A stretch of 64,000 nucleotides of DNA from Atribacterota bacterium (GTDB lineage: Bacteria; Atribacterota; Phoenicimicrobiia; Phoenicimicrobiales; Stramentimicrobiaceae). The position numbers were made by a program, and so were the translations under genes. How positions within the stretch are numbered: position 1 is the stretch's first letter; every line of letters starts with the position of its first letter. The notes under the pieces were generated by a model, which did no database searches, had not been told where the DNA came from, and saw only the letters and a list, made by a program, of their open reading frames with translations. This document shows positions 52,500-64,000 of this stretch, one piece after another. The stretch spans positions 1-64,000 of the forward strand of contig JAXGNR010000005.1 of NCBI GenBank assembly GCA_040767965.1, read 5' to 3'.

Positions 52500-53933
52500 A
52501 TGAAAAAAATATTTACATATATTTTTATCATTGTTGTATGCCTATTTCTTACTATGCCCAGTGGGGCTAATGAAATAAAAAACATATTAGGGAATTGGGA
52601 AGGAACATTGAAAGTTCCTGGAACTGAACTTCGAATTGTATTTAGGGTTTATGAGACTACTGAGGGTAATATCTCTGCTACTATGGACAGCCCTGATCAG
52701 GGAGTTAGGGGGATTCTTGTTAATGAGATTATTCAGGATGATAATAATTTAATTCTGGAGATTAAAGCTATTGGTGGTGTCTTTGAGGGAGTGATCAGCG
52801 AAGAAGGTTTAATAATTGAAGGACAATGGAAACAGTCGGGAGCAGCTTTTCCTCTTCTGCTGGAGAAAAAAGAAGAGATAAAAGAAATTGTAAGACCACA
52901 GGAACCACTAAGACCTTATCCCTATATCGAAGAAGATGTTGAGTATGAAAACAAAGAAGCAGGCATAACCCTGTCAGGAACATTGACATTTCCAGCAAAA
53001 AAAGGACCATTCCCTGCAGTTCTGCTGATTAGTGGTTCGGGTCCTCAGGATAGAAATGAAACTATTGCAGGTCATCGTCCATTCCTGGTGCTGGCAGATT
53101 ATTTGACCAGAAAGGGAATTGCTGTTTTAAGAGTAGACGATAGGGGGGTCGGGAAATCTACAGGAGATTTTTCTCAGGCAACCAGTGAAGATTTTGCTTC
53201 CGATGTACTGGAAGGGGTAGAATACCTGAAAAACCGTACAGAGATTAATACTAAACAAATTGGCTTAATTGGGCATAGCGAAGGGGGTCTGATTGCCCCA
53301 ATGGTAGCAGTGCAGTCAAGAGATGTTAGTTTTATTGTTTTAATGGCTGGACCAGGATTGCCGGGAGAGGAAATATTGTACCTGCAAGGAGATCTAATTT
53401 TAAGAGCTATGGGTTTCAGCGAGGGAAAGATTGCCAGATATTTAGGCTACAATAAAAAATTGTATTCTCTGGTAAAAGAAGAAGGTGATAAAGAGGTTTT
53501 AAAAGAAAGAGCCTCTAAAATTTTCGAGGAATATTATTTTGAGTTATCTGAAGAAGAAAAACAAGAAATAGGTAACTGGGATGTATATGTAAAAGGACAA
53601 TTACAAAATTTACTTTCACCATGGTTTGGATATTTCCTCACTTATGACCCCAAGGTAACTTTAAGCAAGGTTGAATGTCCGGTACTTGCTATTATTGGTG
53701 AAAAAGATCTACAGGTGCCACCCGTAGAAAATCTTCCTGCAATTAAAGAAGCACTGCTAGAAGGTGGCAATAGTAATATTAAAATCAAGGAATTACCAGG
53801 GCTTAATCATCTCTTTCAATCTGCCGAAACCGGTTCACCTGATGAATATGCCAGAATTGAAGAAACAATTTCACCAGCAGCACTGGAATTGATTAGTAAT
53901 TGGATTTTAGGGCAGGTAAACTTAATTCATTAG
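52500..53933 (+). CDS. Secreted alpha/beta hydrolase
   Basis: GSGPQDRNE; GHSEGG nucleophile; D.QV; LNHLFQ. Confidence 0.9.
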   Translation: MKKIFTYIFIIVVCLFLTMPSGANEIKNILGNWEGTLKVPGTELRIVFRVYETTEGNISATMDSPDQGVRGILVNEIIQDDNNLILEIKAIGGVFEGVISEEGLIIEGQWKQSGAAFPLLLEKKEEIKEIVRPQEPLRPYPYIEEDVEYENKEAGITLSGTLTFPAKKGPFPAVLLISGSGPQDRNETIAGHRPFLVLADYLTRKGIAVLRVDDRGVGKSTGDFSQATSEDFASDVLEGVEYLKNRTEINTKQIGLIGHSEGGLIAPMVAVQSRDVSFIVLMAGPGLPGEEILYLQGDLILRAMGFSEGKIARYLGYNKKLYSLVKEEGDKEVLKERASKIFEEYYFELSEEEKQEIGNWDVYVKGQLQNLLSPWFGYFLTYDPKVTLSKVECPVLAIIGEKDLQVPPVENLPAIKEALLEGGNSNIKIKELPGLNHLFQSAETGSPDEYARIEETISPAALELISNWILGQVNLIH

Positions 53934-54083
53934 GTTAATTTTATTTAATTGTTTGTTTTCTCACAATAAATTCAAATAAGATATCTTTTTATATTATTTT
54001 ATGTTAAAATAAATTAATATTAATTTTTTTAAATTTAAAAACTATTCTTTTAAAAATAAATAGAAATCTCTAATAAATTGATA

Positions 54084-54158
54084 AAGGCAATCTATTCGAA
54101 AGGGTAAGGAGCAAAGTCTTGGCCTAAAGCTTATCGGCTATGGCAACCAGACTGCCGA
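54084..54158 (+). ncRNA. c-di-GMP-I (GEMM-I) riboswitch, somewhat divergent P2
   Basis: GGCAA..TTC-GAAA-GGG..GCAAAG..GGCCTAA..TATGGC..CAGACTGCCG; GAAA loop with 11-nt receptor. Confidence 0.7.
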
Positions 54159-54680
54159 TTTATATTTTCATGCCTCAATAAAAGCAGATAGGAGTTTGTA
54201 AGATTGGCAAAAACCAATAACAATACTTTCTCAATGCAGTCCTTAAATAATAATTTTGAAAAAACATTTAAAAAGCATTATTGTAATTATAGTAATTATA
54301 GTACTAATAATCTGCTAGTAGAAACTATTAAAAAATCAAATTTCTTCAAAAAATATTCACATATCAAACCATTCATAATTCTGAACCCCATTTCTATCAT
54401 TGGCCAAGACAAAAAACAAAAATCAATTTATCCTTACCTTGCTTAATTATTAATTTATGGAGGTGATGTGAAAAGTAAAAAAATATAAATAATGTTAAAT
54501 ATATCTATATATTATATATATATTTATTGCTAAGAATAATTAATCATTATTTTATTAAAATTAGAAGGGTATTTTTTTGCTTTAATAAATGTTTCATCTA
54601 CTGTTTAATTTTACGTTGATTACTTTTCAATTAAAAAAATATAAAAATAAGTTATAAAAAAAGAAAGGGCATTATTAATA

Positions 54681-56852
54681 ATGGATAATAAAAAAAGATT
54701 TTTATCAATCACTTTTTTTCTGCTAATTGCTTTTTTAATTGCAGGCTGTGGAGTAATTCCGACACCAGTAAAAGGAGTTATCGAAGGAAGAGTAGTAGTA
54801 CCTCCTTCTGCCGGTGAGATGTCCAAAGATGTATCTGGCTGGGTGTCTGCAGCAGGGGCCACAGTAACGATAGTTGATGCCAATGGGGTTACCCGTACTA
54901 CGACAACAGATGAAAATGGTTACTATAGCTTTGAAAACATTGCTGTAAATCCCAATACTGTTATAACTGCTACAGTTGAGGTAGATGGTAAAGCGATTGT
55001 TCTGAAAAAAGTGATTCCTGGCGCGGTAGCAGAAGATGAAGATTATGATGCTGGAGTAATGACACCTGAATCAACTGCAATAGGCCTGGTAGTAGAACAG
55101 CTTTTGGAAGCTGGCATGGATTTGGGAGATATTGACCCGGATGAGATAATAAATACTGATATTTTCACAGATTTGGTGGAACAGGTTACTACAGCTATAG
55201 AAGAAGGAAAAGATGTAACGGAAGACCTTGATGTTATGGATGGAGTAGGTGAAATAGCGGAAGGAATTCTTTACCCGGATGATAATCCACCTTCCAGTGG
55301 TGGTGGCGGAGGAAGCGGAGGAACAGGTCCAGAAGACCCGGTATTTAATGGCATTGTTTCAGGACAGATAGCTACTGATAAGGGAGATGTTTCAGGAACA
55401 CTAACAGGTGATTTTGACCTAGAAATCGAAGGTAGCGTTACAGGGTATATTAAAAATATAGCAACTTTTACCGGTACTGTTACCGGTGATATCGAAGGAG
55501 ATATTTCAGCAACTATCAATGCACAGGGAATTGATACCTTGTATGGAACTATTACAGGTACCGATGCGGTAGAAACAGTAAGAATTGTTGGTATATTTGG
55601 ACAGACAGGAACTGAAGGAGATTTTGCAGGACAAATAATTACTGGTGAACAATTGCCTGCTGTTACAGCTTTAAGTATCGAAGGATCTGATGTTGTTGCT
55701 GTTGGAGATACAATAATTCTATCAGCAGATATAACTCCAACAGATGCAACAAATGAAGTTTTATGGTCTGTTTATGTGAACCAAAGTGATATAGCTGAAA
55801 TCGGTGAAAAAACAGGCGAATTAACTGGACTATCTGCTGGAACTGCAACAGTAATTGTTAAAACATATGATGACAGTAATTTAAGCTTTGCCACAAAACA
55901 AATAACTGTAGTTGATGGTAAAGTAATTAATGTTACTCAGAAGCTAGGTTATGACACTATCCAGGCAGCAGTTAATGAAGCTGAAGATGGTGATGAGATA
56001 GAAATCGCGGCAGGCACTTATGATGAAGAAGTAACAATAAATGCTATTGATGCTGTTAAATCAATTACTTTGCGTGGAGCAAATGCCAATATTAAACCAA
56101 CAACAAACATTAGTGATGGAACAATCATAACTGGCGGTATTTACATTGGCACTGATGCAAGTGCAGTCATCGAAAAATCTGTTACAATCAAGGGAATTAC
56201 TTTTGATGGCGGGAAAGGATTGCTATTAGGTAATATACAGAGTGTTCTTGTCGAGAATAATAAATTCCTGAATATCACAGATACTTTTAACTCTTCAACT
56301 ACAAATGTAGCAGGAATTGCCGTAATTGATCCTTATGCCGATGGGATTACTCAAATCCAGTATAACTATATAGACGGAGTAGCAGGTAGTACAGAAGGTT
56401 TAGGAATATACATTAGAAAACCTTCATCGGTACAAATATTATTTAACAATATAAGGAATACAGCACATAATGCAATTCTTTTATCTGGAACTGTTACTGA
56501 TGCGCATATTAATATATTAGGAAATGATATTGTGAACTGGGATGCAGACAACGATACAGTTGATGTTGGAGGAAGAGCTTTGCGCTCTGCAGTAGCTGCT
56601 AGTTCTTTTAATTTTACTGAAAACTGCATGATAAAAGATACATGGGCAGAACCACCTGTTGATCCAAACTTTGTGAAGGTAACAGGCTTGTCTGGAACAG
56701 CAACTGTAGATTTTGGCGGAAACTATTGGAACAGCCCAGAGCCTGATTTCAGTGTGATACTTAATGGTTCAGATTCATATGTTCTAGATTCGATTGATAA
56801 TTATTATTCAGATGAAGGGATGATAACAACAGTTAATCGGACTACAGGGTAA
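54681..56852 (+). CDS. Surface lipoprotein: carboxypeptidase-regulatory-like, Gly-rich repeats, Big_2 and parallel beta-helix domains
   Basis: Lipobox IAGC; TTTDENGYYSF; ITPTDATNEVLWS; YDTIQAAVNEA..AAGTYDEEV; NYW. Confidence 0.75.
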   Translation: MDNKKRFLSITFFLLIAFLIAGCGVIPTPVKGVIEGRVVVPPSAGEMSKDVSGWVSAAGATVTIVDANGVTRTTTTDENGYYSFENIAVNPNTVITATVEVDGKAIVLKKVIPGAVAEDEDYDAGVMTPESTAIGLVVEQLLEAGMDLGDIDPDEIINTDIFTDLVEQVTTAIEEGKDVTEDLDVMDGVGEIAEGILYPDDNPPSSGGGGGSGGTGPEDPVFNGIVSGQIATDKGDVSGTLTGDFDLEIEGSVTGYIKNIATFTGTVTGDIEGDISATINAQGIDTLYGTITGTDAVETVRIVGIFGQTGTEGDFAGQIITGEQLPAVTALSIEGSDVVAVGDTIILSADITPTDATNEVLWSVYVNQSDIAEIGEKTGELTGLSAGTATVIVKTYDDSNLSFATKQITVVDGKVINVTQKLGYDTIQAAVNEAEDGDEIEIAAGTYDEEVTINAIDAVKSITLRGANANIKPTTNISDGTIITGGIYIGTDASAVIEKSVTIKGITFDGGKGLLLGNIQSVLVENNKFLNITDTFNSSTTNVAGIAVIDPYADGITQIQYNYIDGVAGSTEGLGIYIRKPSSVQILFNNIRNTAHNAILLSGTVTDAHINILGNDIVNWDADNDTVDVGGRALRSAVAASSFNFTENCMIKDTWAEPPVDPNFVKVTGLSGTATVDFGGNYWNSPEPDFSVILNGSDSYVLDSIDNYYSDEGMITTVNRTTG

Positions 56853-56962
56853 AAGAGAGAACAGGTAGTTGATTTCTTGTATAGCATTACCTATAGTTCA
56901 AATATCAACTGACAGGTGATGCTTACCCAGAGAAGCCCTTGTTTATGGGTAATGAAAAACTA

Positions 56963-57013
56963 AATAAGCCTCGTGGGATAGCGTTAATTTCTTGCTTTCC
57001 CGCGAGGCTTATT
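56963..57013 (+). terminator. Strong stem-loop, probable terminator
   Basis: AATAAGCCTCGTGGGA ... TCCCGCGAGGCTTATT. Confidence 0.7.
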
Positions 57014-57308
57014 AATAAAAATAATAAAATCCCCTGTTATATTTTAATTGTTCATTTTTAAAATTTACTGTATCATAGATAATAAAAATAGCTTTCTTTT
57101 ATATATGACTCTAAAAAAATATCTTTGCAGATTAATTTAACATATTTTATGTAAATTCTAATCAAAGCCAGGAGGTAATTAAAAAAAATTAAATTCATGC
57201 TTGTTAATTTGTATATCTCAATTATCCATTAACAAATATTATTTAATTAACCTATACATATCTAAAAATACATATCTAAAAATATAAAGGAGAAAAATAA
57301 AGTTAAAA

Positions 57309-57893
57309 ATGAGAATCAACAAATTATTTAATTTGACAATTATTTTTTTTGCCATGGTGCTTTTTTTAAGTGGGTGTCTCTCAAGTATAGTCCATGTAAC
57401 TGGTGTTAATATTACAGGAGGAGATCAGATTCTTGAAGTAGGGAAAAATCTACAATTATCTGTAGAGATTGAACCGATAGATTCCACCAATACAGTGGTT
57501 TTTTGGGAGTCAAGCGATATTAACAAAGTAACAGTTGATGAAAACGGGCTAGTTGAAGCAATAGCCAGTCCAGGGGCTGATATTACTGTAATTACTGAAG
57601 ACGGTGAATTTGAAGATACAATCGCAATCATTGTCATACCGGCCAGCTCTGACACTTCAAACAACACTTGTGATCCTTGTAATACAAATGACCCATGCAA
57701 TACCTGTGATCCAGACCCCTGTAATACCTGCGACCCATGCAGTACCTGTGAGCCGGAATGTGATCCCTGTAATCCATGTGGAGATTGTTATGATGAATGT
57801 GAATGCGATCCTGCTAGTTGTTGTGACCCGTGTGATCCATGTGGTGACTGTTATGACCCGGATGATGCATCCTGTAATCCATGTGGCTGTTAA
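57309..57893 (+). CDS. Lipoprotein with Big_2 domain and Cys-rich C(D/N)PC repeat tail
   Basis: Lipobox LSGC; P.DSTN..V.WESSD..V.VDENGLV.A; 22 Cys in the last ~74 aa. Confidence 0.8.
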   Translation: MRINKLFNLTIIFFAMVLFLSGCLSSIVHVTGVNITGGDQILEVGKNLQLSVEIEPIDSTNTVVFWESSDINKVTVDENGLVEAIASPGADITVITEDGEFEDTIAIIVIPASSDTSNNTCDPCNTNDPCNTCDPDPCNTCDPCSTCEPECDPCNPCGDCYDECECDPASCCDPCDPCGDCYDPDDASCNPCGC

Positions 57894-58325
57894 TACTGGG
57901 TAAAGATGTAAATAGCAATATAATAATTTAATTATTTTAATTTAATGATTACTGATTTTAAATTCTATAAAGGTTTGCTGATAACAAGAAATGATATCTG
58001 TAAACCTTTTTAAAGATTTTTAATTTAAAATAAAAACTTTACTTGAAACTAAAAAATATACTTTAAAAACAATGGGTAAAATGGGTAATTAAATTTTTTA
58101 AATTAATAAATTATAAATTAGAACATCATAAAATATTTTGTAACCTTCAAATACAGAACAGATATACTACATTACAAAAAACACCTGCAAATAAATACTA
58201 CTTTCTTAAATTTTTAAATTTTAAAACACTAATTTTTAAAAAATAGCTGTTATTTTTTAAAAGATAAACCGGATTAAGTTTTTTTAAAGAAAATATTGCG
58301 GGATATATTTGAATATCTAAATTAA

Positions 58326-60548
<2,223 letters not shown>

Positions 60549-60748
60549 TTTTATAAATGATATTTAAAGAAAATACTAAATATTCACTATTAAATTAAAA
60601 ATCTATCAACAATTGATTGGTGATAAAGAATATATGACCGGAGTGAACCAGTAATGGAATGAAACTATTTAAAGATTGGGTAAATACTATTTATAAATAT
60701 TTAGAAATAAATAATAATAGGTAGAATTATAAATAAAAAAAGGTTTTT

Positions 60749-61561
60749 ATGATAAAAAAGGGCTTGTATAGCGGAATAAAACCAATAATTGTAATATTTT
60801 TTGGTATATCCCATATACTGCCCTTTTTTACTACTACTGCTTTGATGATTTTAGAAAAAAATATATATATCAGCAACCAATTTTATGGCAGTATTATTTA
60901 TTTTAGCTTATTAAGCCCTACTTTTGCAGCTTTGATTTTATTGCATTTCTTTTATTCAAAAAAAGAAAAGATCAATTATTTACATAGAATAATTGATCTG
61001 GATTACATTACTTATAAAGAGTACCTGTTGATATTTGGCCTGCCTTTTTTTATCAGAATTTTTGCCGCAATTTTCGCATTACCTTTTTCTTCTACATATT
61101 TTCAGTTTTATTTTTCACCAGAGATGACTTTTTCTTATGCTGTATTATTACTTTTTTTTGGCCCTATACCGGAAGAATTAGGCTGGAGAGGAATAGCTTT
61201 ACCAAAATTAATGATGGAATATGGAATTAATCAGGCAACTATTATTTTAGGTCTTATGTGGGCTGTCTGGCATTTACCTTTATTTTTTTTAAAAGGAACA
61301 TATCAGTATCAGCTGGGCTTGGGAAGTTTTTTGTTTTGGAGTTTTATGTGGGGAGTATTTTTTACCACATTTATCTACAGTTTTATTTATATCAGAACCA
61401 ACCAAAGCATATTGGCAGTTATTTTGTTTCATTTTATGGATAATTTTTGCGGAGAGGCTTTCGTAATAAATGAAAAAGCTTTTGTTATTTCAACATTAAT
61501 CAGAGGAATTATAGCATATGTTATTTTTGTCAAAATGAAATGTGAATCATTTGATAGTTGA
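60749..61561 (+). CDS. CPBP/Abi (CAAX) intramembrane metalloprotease
   Basis: EELGWRG; W.VWHLP; H...N. Confidence 0.9.
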   Translation: MIKKGLYSGIKPIIVIFFGISHILPFFTTTALMILEKNIYISNQFYGSIIYFSLLSPTFAALILLHFFYSKKEKINYLHRIIDLDYITYKEYLLIFGLPFFIRIFAAIFALPFSSTYFQFYFSPEMTFSYAVLLLFFGPIPEELGWRGIALPKLMMEYGINQATIILGLMWAVWHLPLFFLKGTYQYQLGLGSFLFWSFMWGVFFTTFIYSFIYIRTNQSILAVILFHFMDNFCGEAFVINEKAFVISTLIRGIIAYVIFVKMKCESFDS

Positions 61562-61716
61562 TTTTACAAAAAATTATCCTGGAGATATTATTTTATTTAA
61601 ATATGAAAGAAAGAAAAATTTATAATTTACCTGATAATATCTATAGTAAAAAAAGAAAAAATAAATGATAATATTAATATTAAATTAATTTAGTTATTAT
61701 AGAGGAGGATATTAAA

Positions 61717-62073
61717 ATGAGAAATATTTTTTTAATTGTTTTATTAGCTTTTTTCCTTATAGGCATAGGCAGTCCGGTAATTGCCCACCCGCCTGGTCAG
61801 ATTGTAGCTGAGTTTGACCTGGAAAGTAATATTTTGTCAGTAAAAGTCACTCACAATGTAGGAGGAGACCCAATACACTATATTGAAAGTTTAAAAGTAA
61901 TCTATAATGCCAAAGAAATTATTTCCCAGCAGATTTCTAAGCAATTGGGCGATCTTCAAACTTTTCTCTATTTTATTCCTGAAGCTAAAAAAGGGGACGA
62001 GATAGAAATTGAGGCTGTTTGTAATATTTTTGGTGAAAAAAGTGTTAAATTTACAATTGAAGACTCTGAGTAA
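61717..62073 (+). CDS. Secreted protein with desulfoferrodoxin/SOR-like Ig fold
   Basis: Signal peptide then HPP..H.V...HYI...CNIFG. Confidence 0.5.
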   Translation: MRNIFLIVLLAFFLIGIGSPVIAHPPGQIVAEFDLESNILSVKVTHNVGGDPIHYIESLKVIYNAKEIISQQISKQLGDLQTFLYFIPEAKKGDEIEIEAVCNIFGEKSVKFTIEDSE

Positions 62074-62278
62074 GCAGATACTACAAAATTCCTGTAAAAT
62101 ATAAAAATTAATTTAAAAGCCTGTGTTTGTAATTATTCCTATATATATATTTATACGTATGCCAGGGAGAAAAACTTGCAAGTGTTATCAATATTTTTCT
62201 ATAAATAAAAAAGATATATTCCAGTAGATTAAAGAATATTTATAGAGCTATTAATATTCTAAAAGTGAGAGAGGATAT

Positions 62279-63511
62279 ATGGAAAAATATGATGAAATTA
62301 ACCTAAGGGTCAATTTGAAAAGAGGATGGATGGTCACATTTGCAGGCTTGGGCGTAAATCTGGCATTAGGAGTGCTATACTCCTGGGGAGTATTCGCGTC
62401 AGCTCTTCGGACTGAAGGATGGTCTGCAACCGAATCGCAGATACCCTACATGATTGCTTGCGCAGTTTTTGCCATAATAATGGTTCCCGGAGGTCACCTG
62501 CAGGATAATTTTGGTCCCAAAAAAGTTATCTTTATATCTGCAACTTTAACAGGAATAGCATTTATATTGTCAGGTTTTTTTATGACTGTAATAGGTCTTT
62601 CTATTTTTTTTGGAATTGTATTTGGTACAGCTATGGGTTTTGGTTATGCTGCTGTTACTCCTGCTGCTATTAAATGGTTTGGGCCTCACAAAAGGGGGCT
62701 TATTTCAGGAATCGTTGTTAGCGGGTACGGATTAGCAGGAATATACATTGCACCATTAACAACATATTTAATTGAAAATTTTGGACTTGGATCAACCTTT
62801 TTTATAATAGGTATTTGCTTTGCGATTGCAATATTTTTATTTAACCTGATTATAGACAACCCACCAGCTGATTATCATTTATTTTTATCAAGACAAAACA
62901 TCCCGATCCAAAAAATAAAAAATATGAAAAATTATACCTGGAAAGAAATGATAAACACCCCGCAATTTTATATGTTATGGTCAATGTTTTGTTTTGGAAC
63001 TTTTGCAGGTTTATTGATATTAGGGCAGTTATCAAACATTGCTCAAGAGCAGACAGGAATAACTGCCCATACTGCAACCAGTTTTGTTATGATTTATGCT
63101 GTATTTAACTGGTTTGGTCGTCTTGCCTGTGGGCTTATTTCAGATAAGGCTGGTCGGAAATCTACTTTCTTTCTTATTTTTTTAATTCAATTTATATGTT
63201 TTGTATTTTTTGCGCGATTTGTTACTCTTCTTTCTTTCTCTATTGGTACAGCCCTGGTTGCTTTCTCTTTTGGTGGGATGCTAACCTTGTTTCCTTCTAC
63301 AACTGCAGATTATTTTGGTGTAAAAAATCTAGGGTTAAATTATGGTCTTGTTTTTACTGCCTGGGGAGCAGGAGGAGTATTTGGGCCATTGCTGGGGGGA
63401 TTAGCAAGAGATTTAACCGGAACTTACAATGTGAGCTATCTTGTTTCTGCTGTTTTATGTCTTATGGGGGCAACAATTAGCCTGTTAATGCCGGCAATTC
63501 AGAGAAAATAG
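62279..63511 (+). CDS. OFA-family MFS transporter (oxalate/formate antiporter-like)
   Basis: GVLYSWGVF; KWF...RGL.SG; GR...G..SDK.GR; FG.KN.GLNYG. Confidence 0.9.
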   Translation: MEKYDEINLRVNLKRGWMVTFAGLGVNLALGVLYSWGVFASALRTEGWSATESQIPYMIACAVFAIIMVPGGHLQDNFGPKKVIFISATLTGIAFILSGFFMTVIGLSIFFGIVFGTAMGFGYAAVTPAAIKWFGPHKRGLISGIVVSGYGLAGIYIAPLTTYLIENFGLGSTFFIIGICFAIAIFLFNLIIDNPPADYHLFLSRQNIPIQKIKNMKNYTWKEMINTPQFYMLWSMFCFGTFAGLLILGQLSNIAQEQTGITAHTATSFVMIYAVFNWFGRLACGLISDKAGRKSTFFLIFLIQFICFVFFARFVTLLSFSIGTALVAFSFGGMLTLFPSTTADYFGVKNLGLNYGLVFTAWGAGGVFGPLLGGLARDLTGTYNVSYLVSAVLCLMGATISLLMPAIQRK

Positions 63512-63645
63512 ATTATAAATCCTAAACAATTTTAGTACCACAGCAAAAATGAATTTTGAGTATTGTATTTATATGTTTAATGAATTGTTAGGATTATGTT
63601 ATAGTATAAAAGTGAGCTTTTATTTAAAGTTAAAAAGGAGTGGGT

Positions 63646-64000
63646 ATGGCAATTAAAATATTCCACACTGCTGATTTGCATCTGGGAATGCGCTTTGCTG
63701 GTTATCCGGAAATCCAGAATCTTCTTATTGATGCCAGGTATGAAACATTAGCCAGAATGGTGGAAATTGCAAACAAAGAGAAAAGTGATTTGTTCGTTAT
63801 AGCTGGAGACTTGTTTGACAGAGTCACAGTAAAAGCTAAGGAAATATCCCGAGCTGCAAAGATACTCAATGAATTTAATGGAGAGTTGGTAGCCGTTCTC
63901 CCTGGAAATCACGATTATTATACTAGTGACAGTAGCCTGTGGGATAGTTTTAGTCAGGTTACTGGTGATCGTGTCTTAATTTTAAAAGAACCAAAATTAT
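63646..64000 (+). CDS. SbcD/Mre11-like metallophosphoesterase (runs off window)
   Basis: HTADLHLG; AGDLFD; PGNHD; AGGAG RBS. Confidence 0.85.
   Translation, partial: MAIKIFHTADLHLGMRFAGYPEIQNLLIDARYETLARMVEIANKEKSDLFVIAGDLFDRVTVKAKEISRAAKILNEFNGELVAVLPGNHDYYTSDSSLWDSFSQVTGDRVLILKEPKL

Noticed and set aside
54204-54446. 80-aa ORF behind the second riboswitch
   Set aside because: Asn/Lys-rich low-complexity translation with a TTG start; likely leader DNA, though a leader peptide is not excluded

Overview
AT-rich bacterial window with almost every gene on the + strand. The gene content (Ig-rich lipoproteins, CsgG-family proteins, TRAP transporter, Firmicute-style promoters and riboswitches) suggests an anaerobe, possibly Atribacterota; this is inference only. 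(1) 0.6-12.8 kb: a c-di-GMP-I riboswitch heads an envelope cluster with a permuted NlpC/P60 multi-Ig lipoprotein, three CsgG/HfaB-like proteins (two from a duplication offset by 2208 bp), a SYLF protein and a CHAP lipoprotein. (2) 13-26.5 kb: a plasticity zone with a nucleosidase, a DUF6308/HhH-like protein, AbiEi/AbiEii, MazEF, a RelE-like TA pair, a HicAB relic, a SAM-I riboswitch driving an unknown Zn-ribbon protein and a free-standing ThrRS editing domain. Two families of hairpin repeats sit at module junctions and next to truncated genes. (3) 26.6-34.4 kb: GntR/TRAP/LarA-like/DapA-like catabolic operon. (4) 35-53 kb: ytfI/ytfJ-like genes, marR-lon, an IS256 with 8-bp TSD, lipid-modifying oxidoreductases, an RRM protein, a RpoD-like sigma factor, a D-Ala-D-Ala dipeptidase and a CoA-disulfide reductase. 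(5) 54-58 kb: a second c-di-GMP-I riboswitch, a beta-helix lipoprotein and a lipoprotein with a 22-Cys tail. (6) katG, a CAAX protease, an OFA-type MFS transporter and the start of an SbcD/Mre11-like gene. Many frameshifts at 21-26 kb and 37-42 kb may be sequencing errors. No CRISPR array, tRNA or rRNA seen. All family calls come from motif recognition, not database searches.
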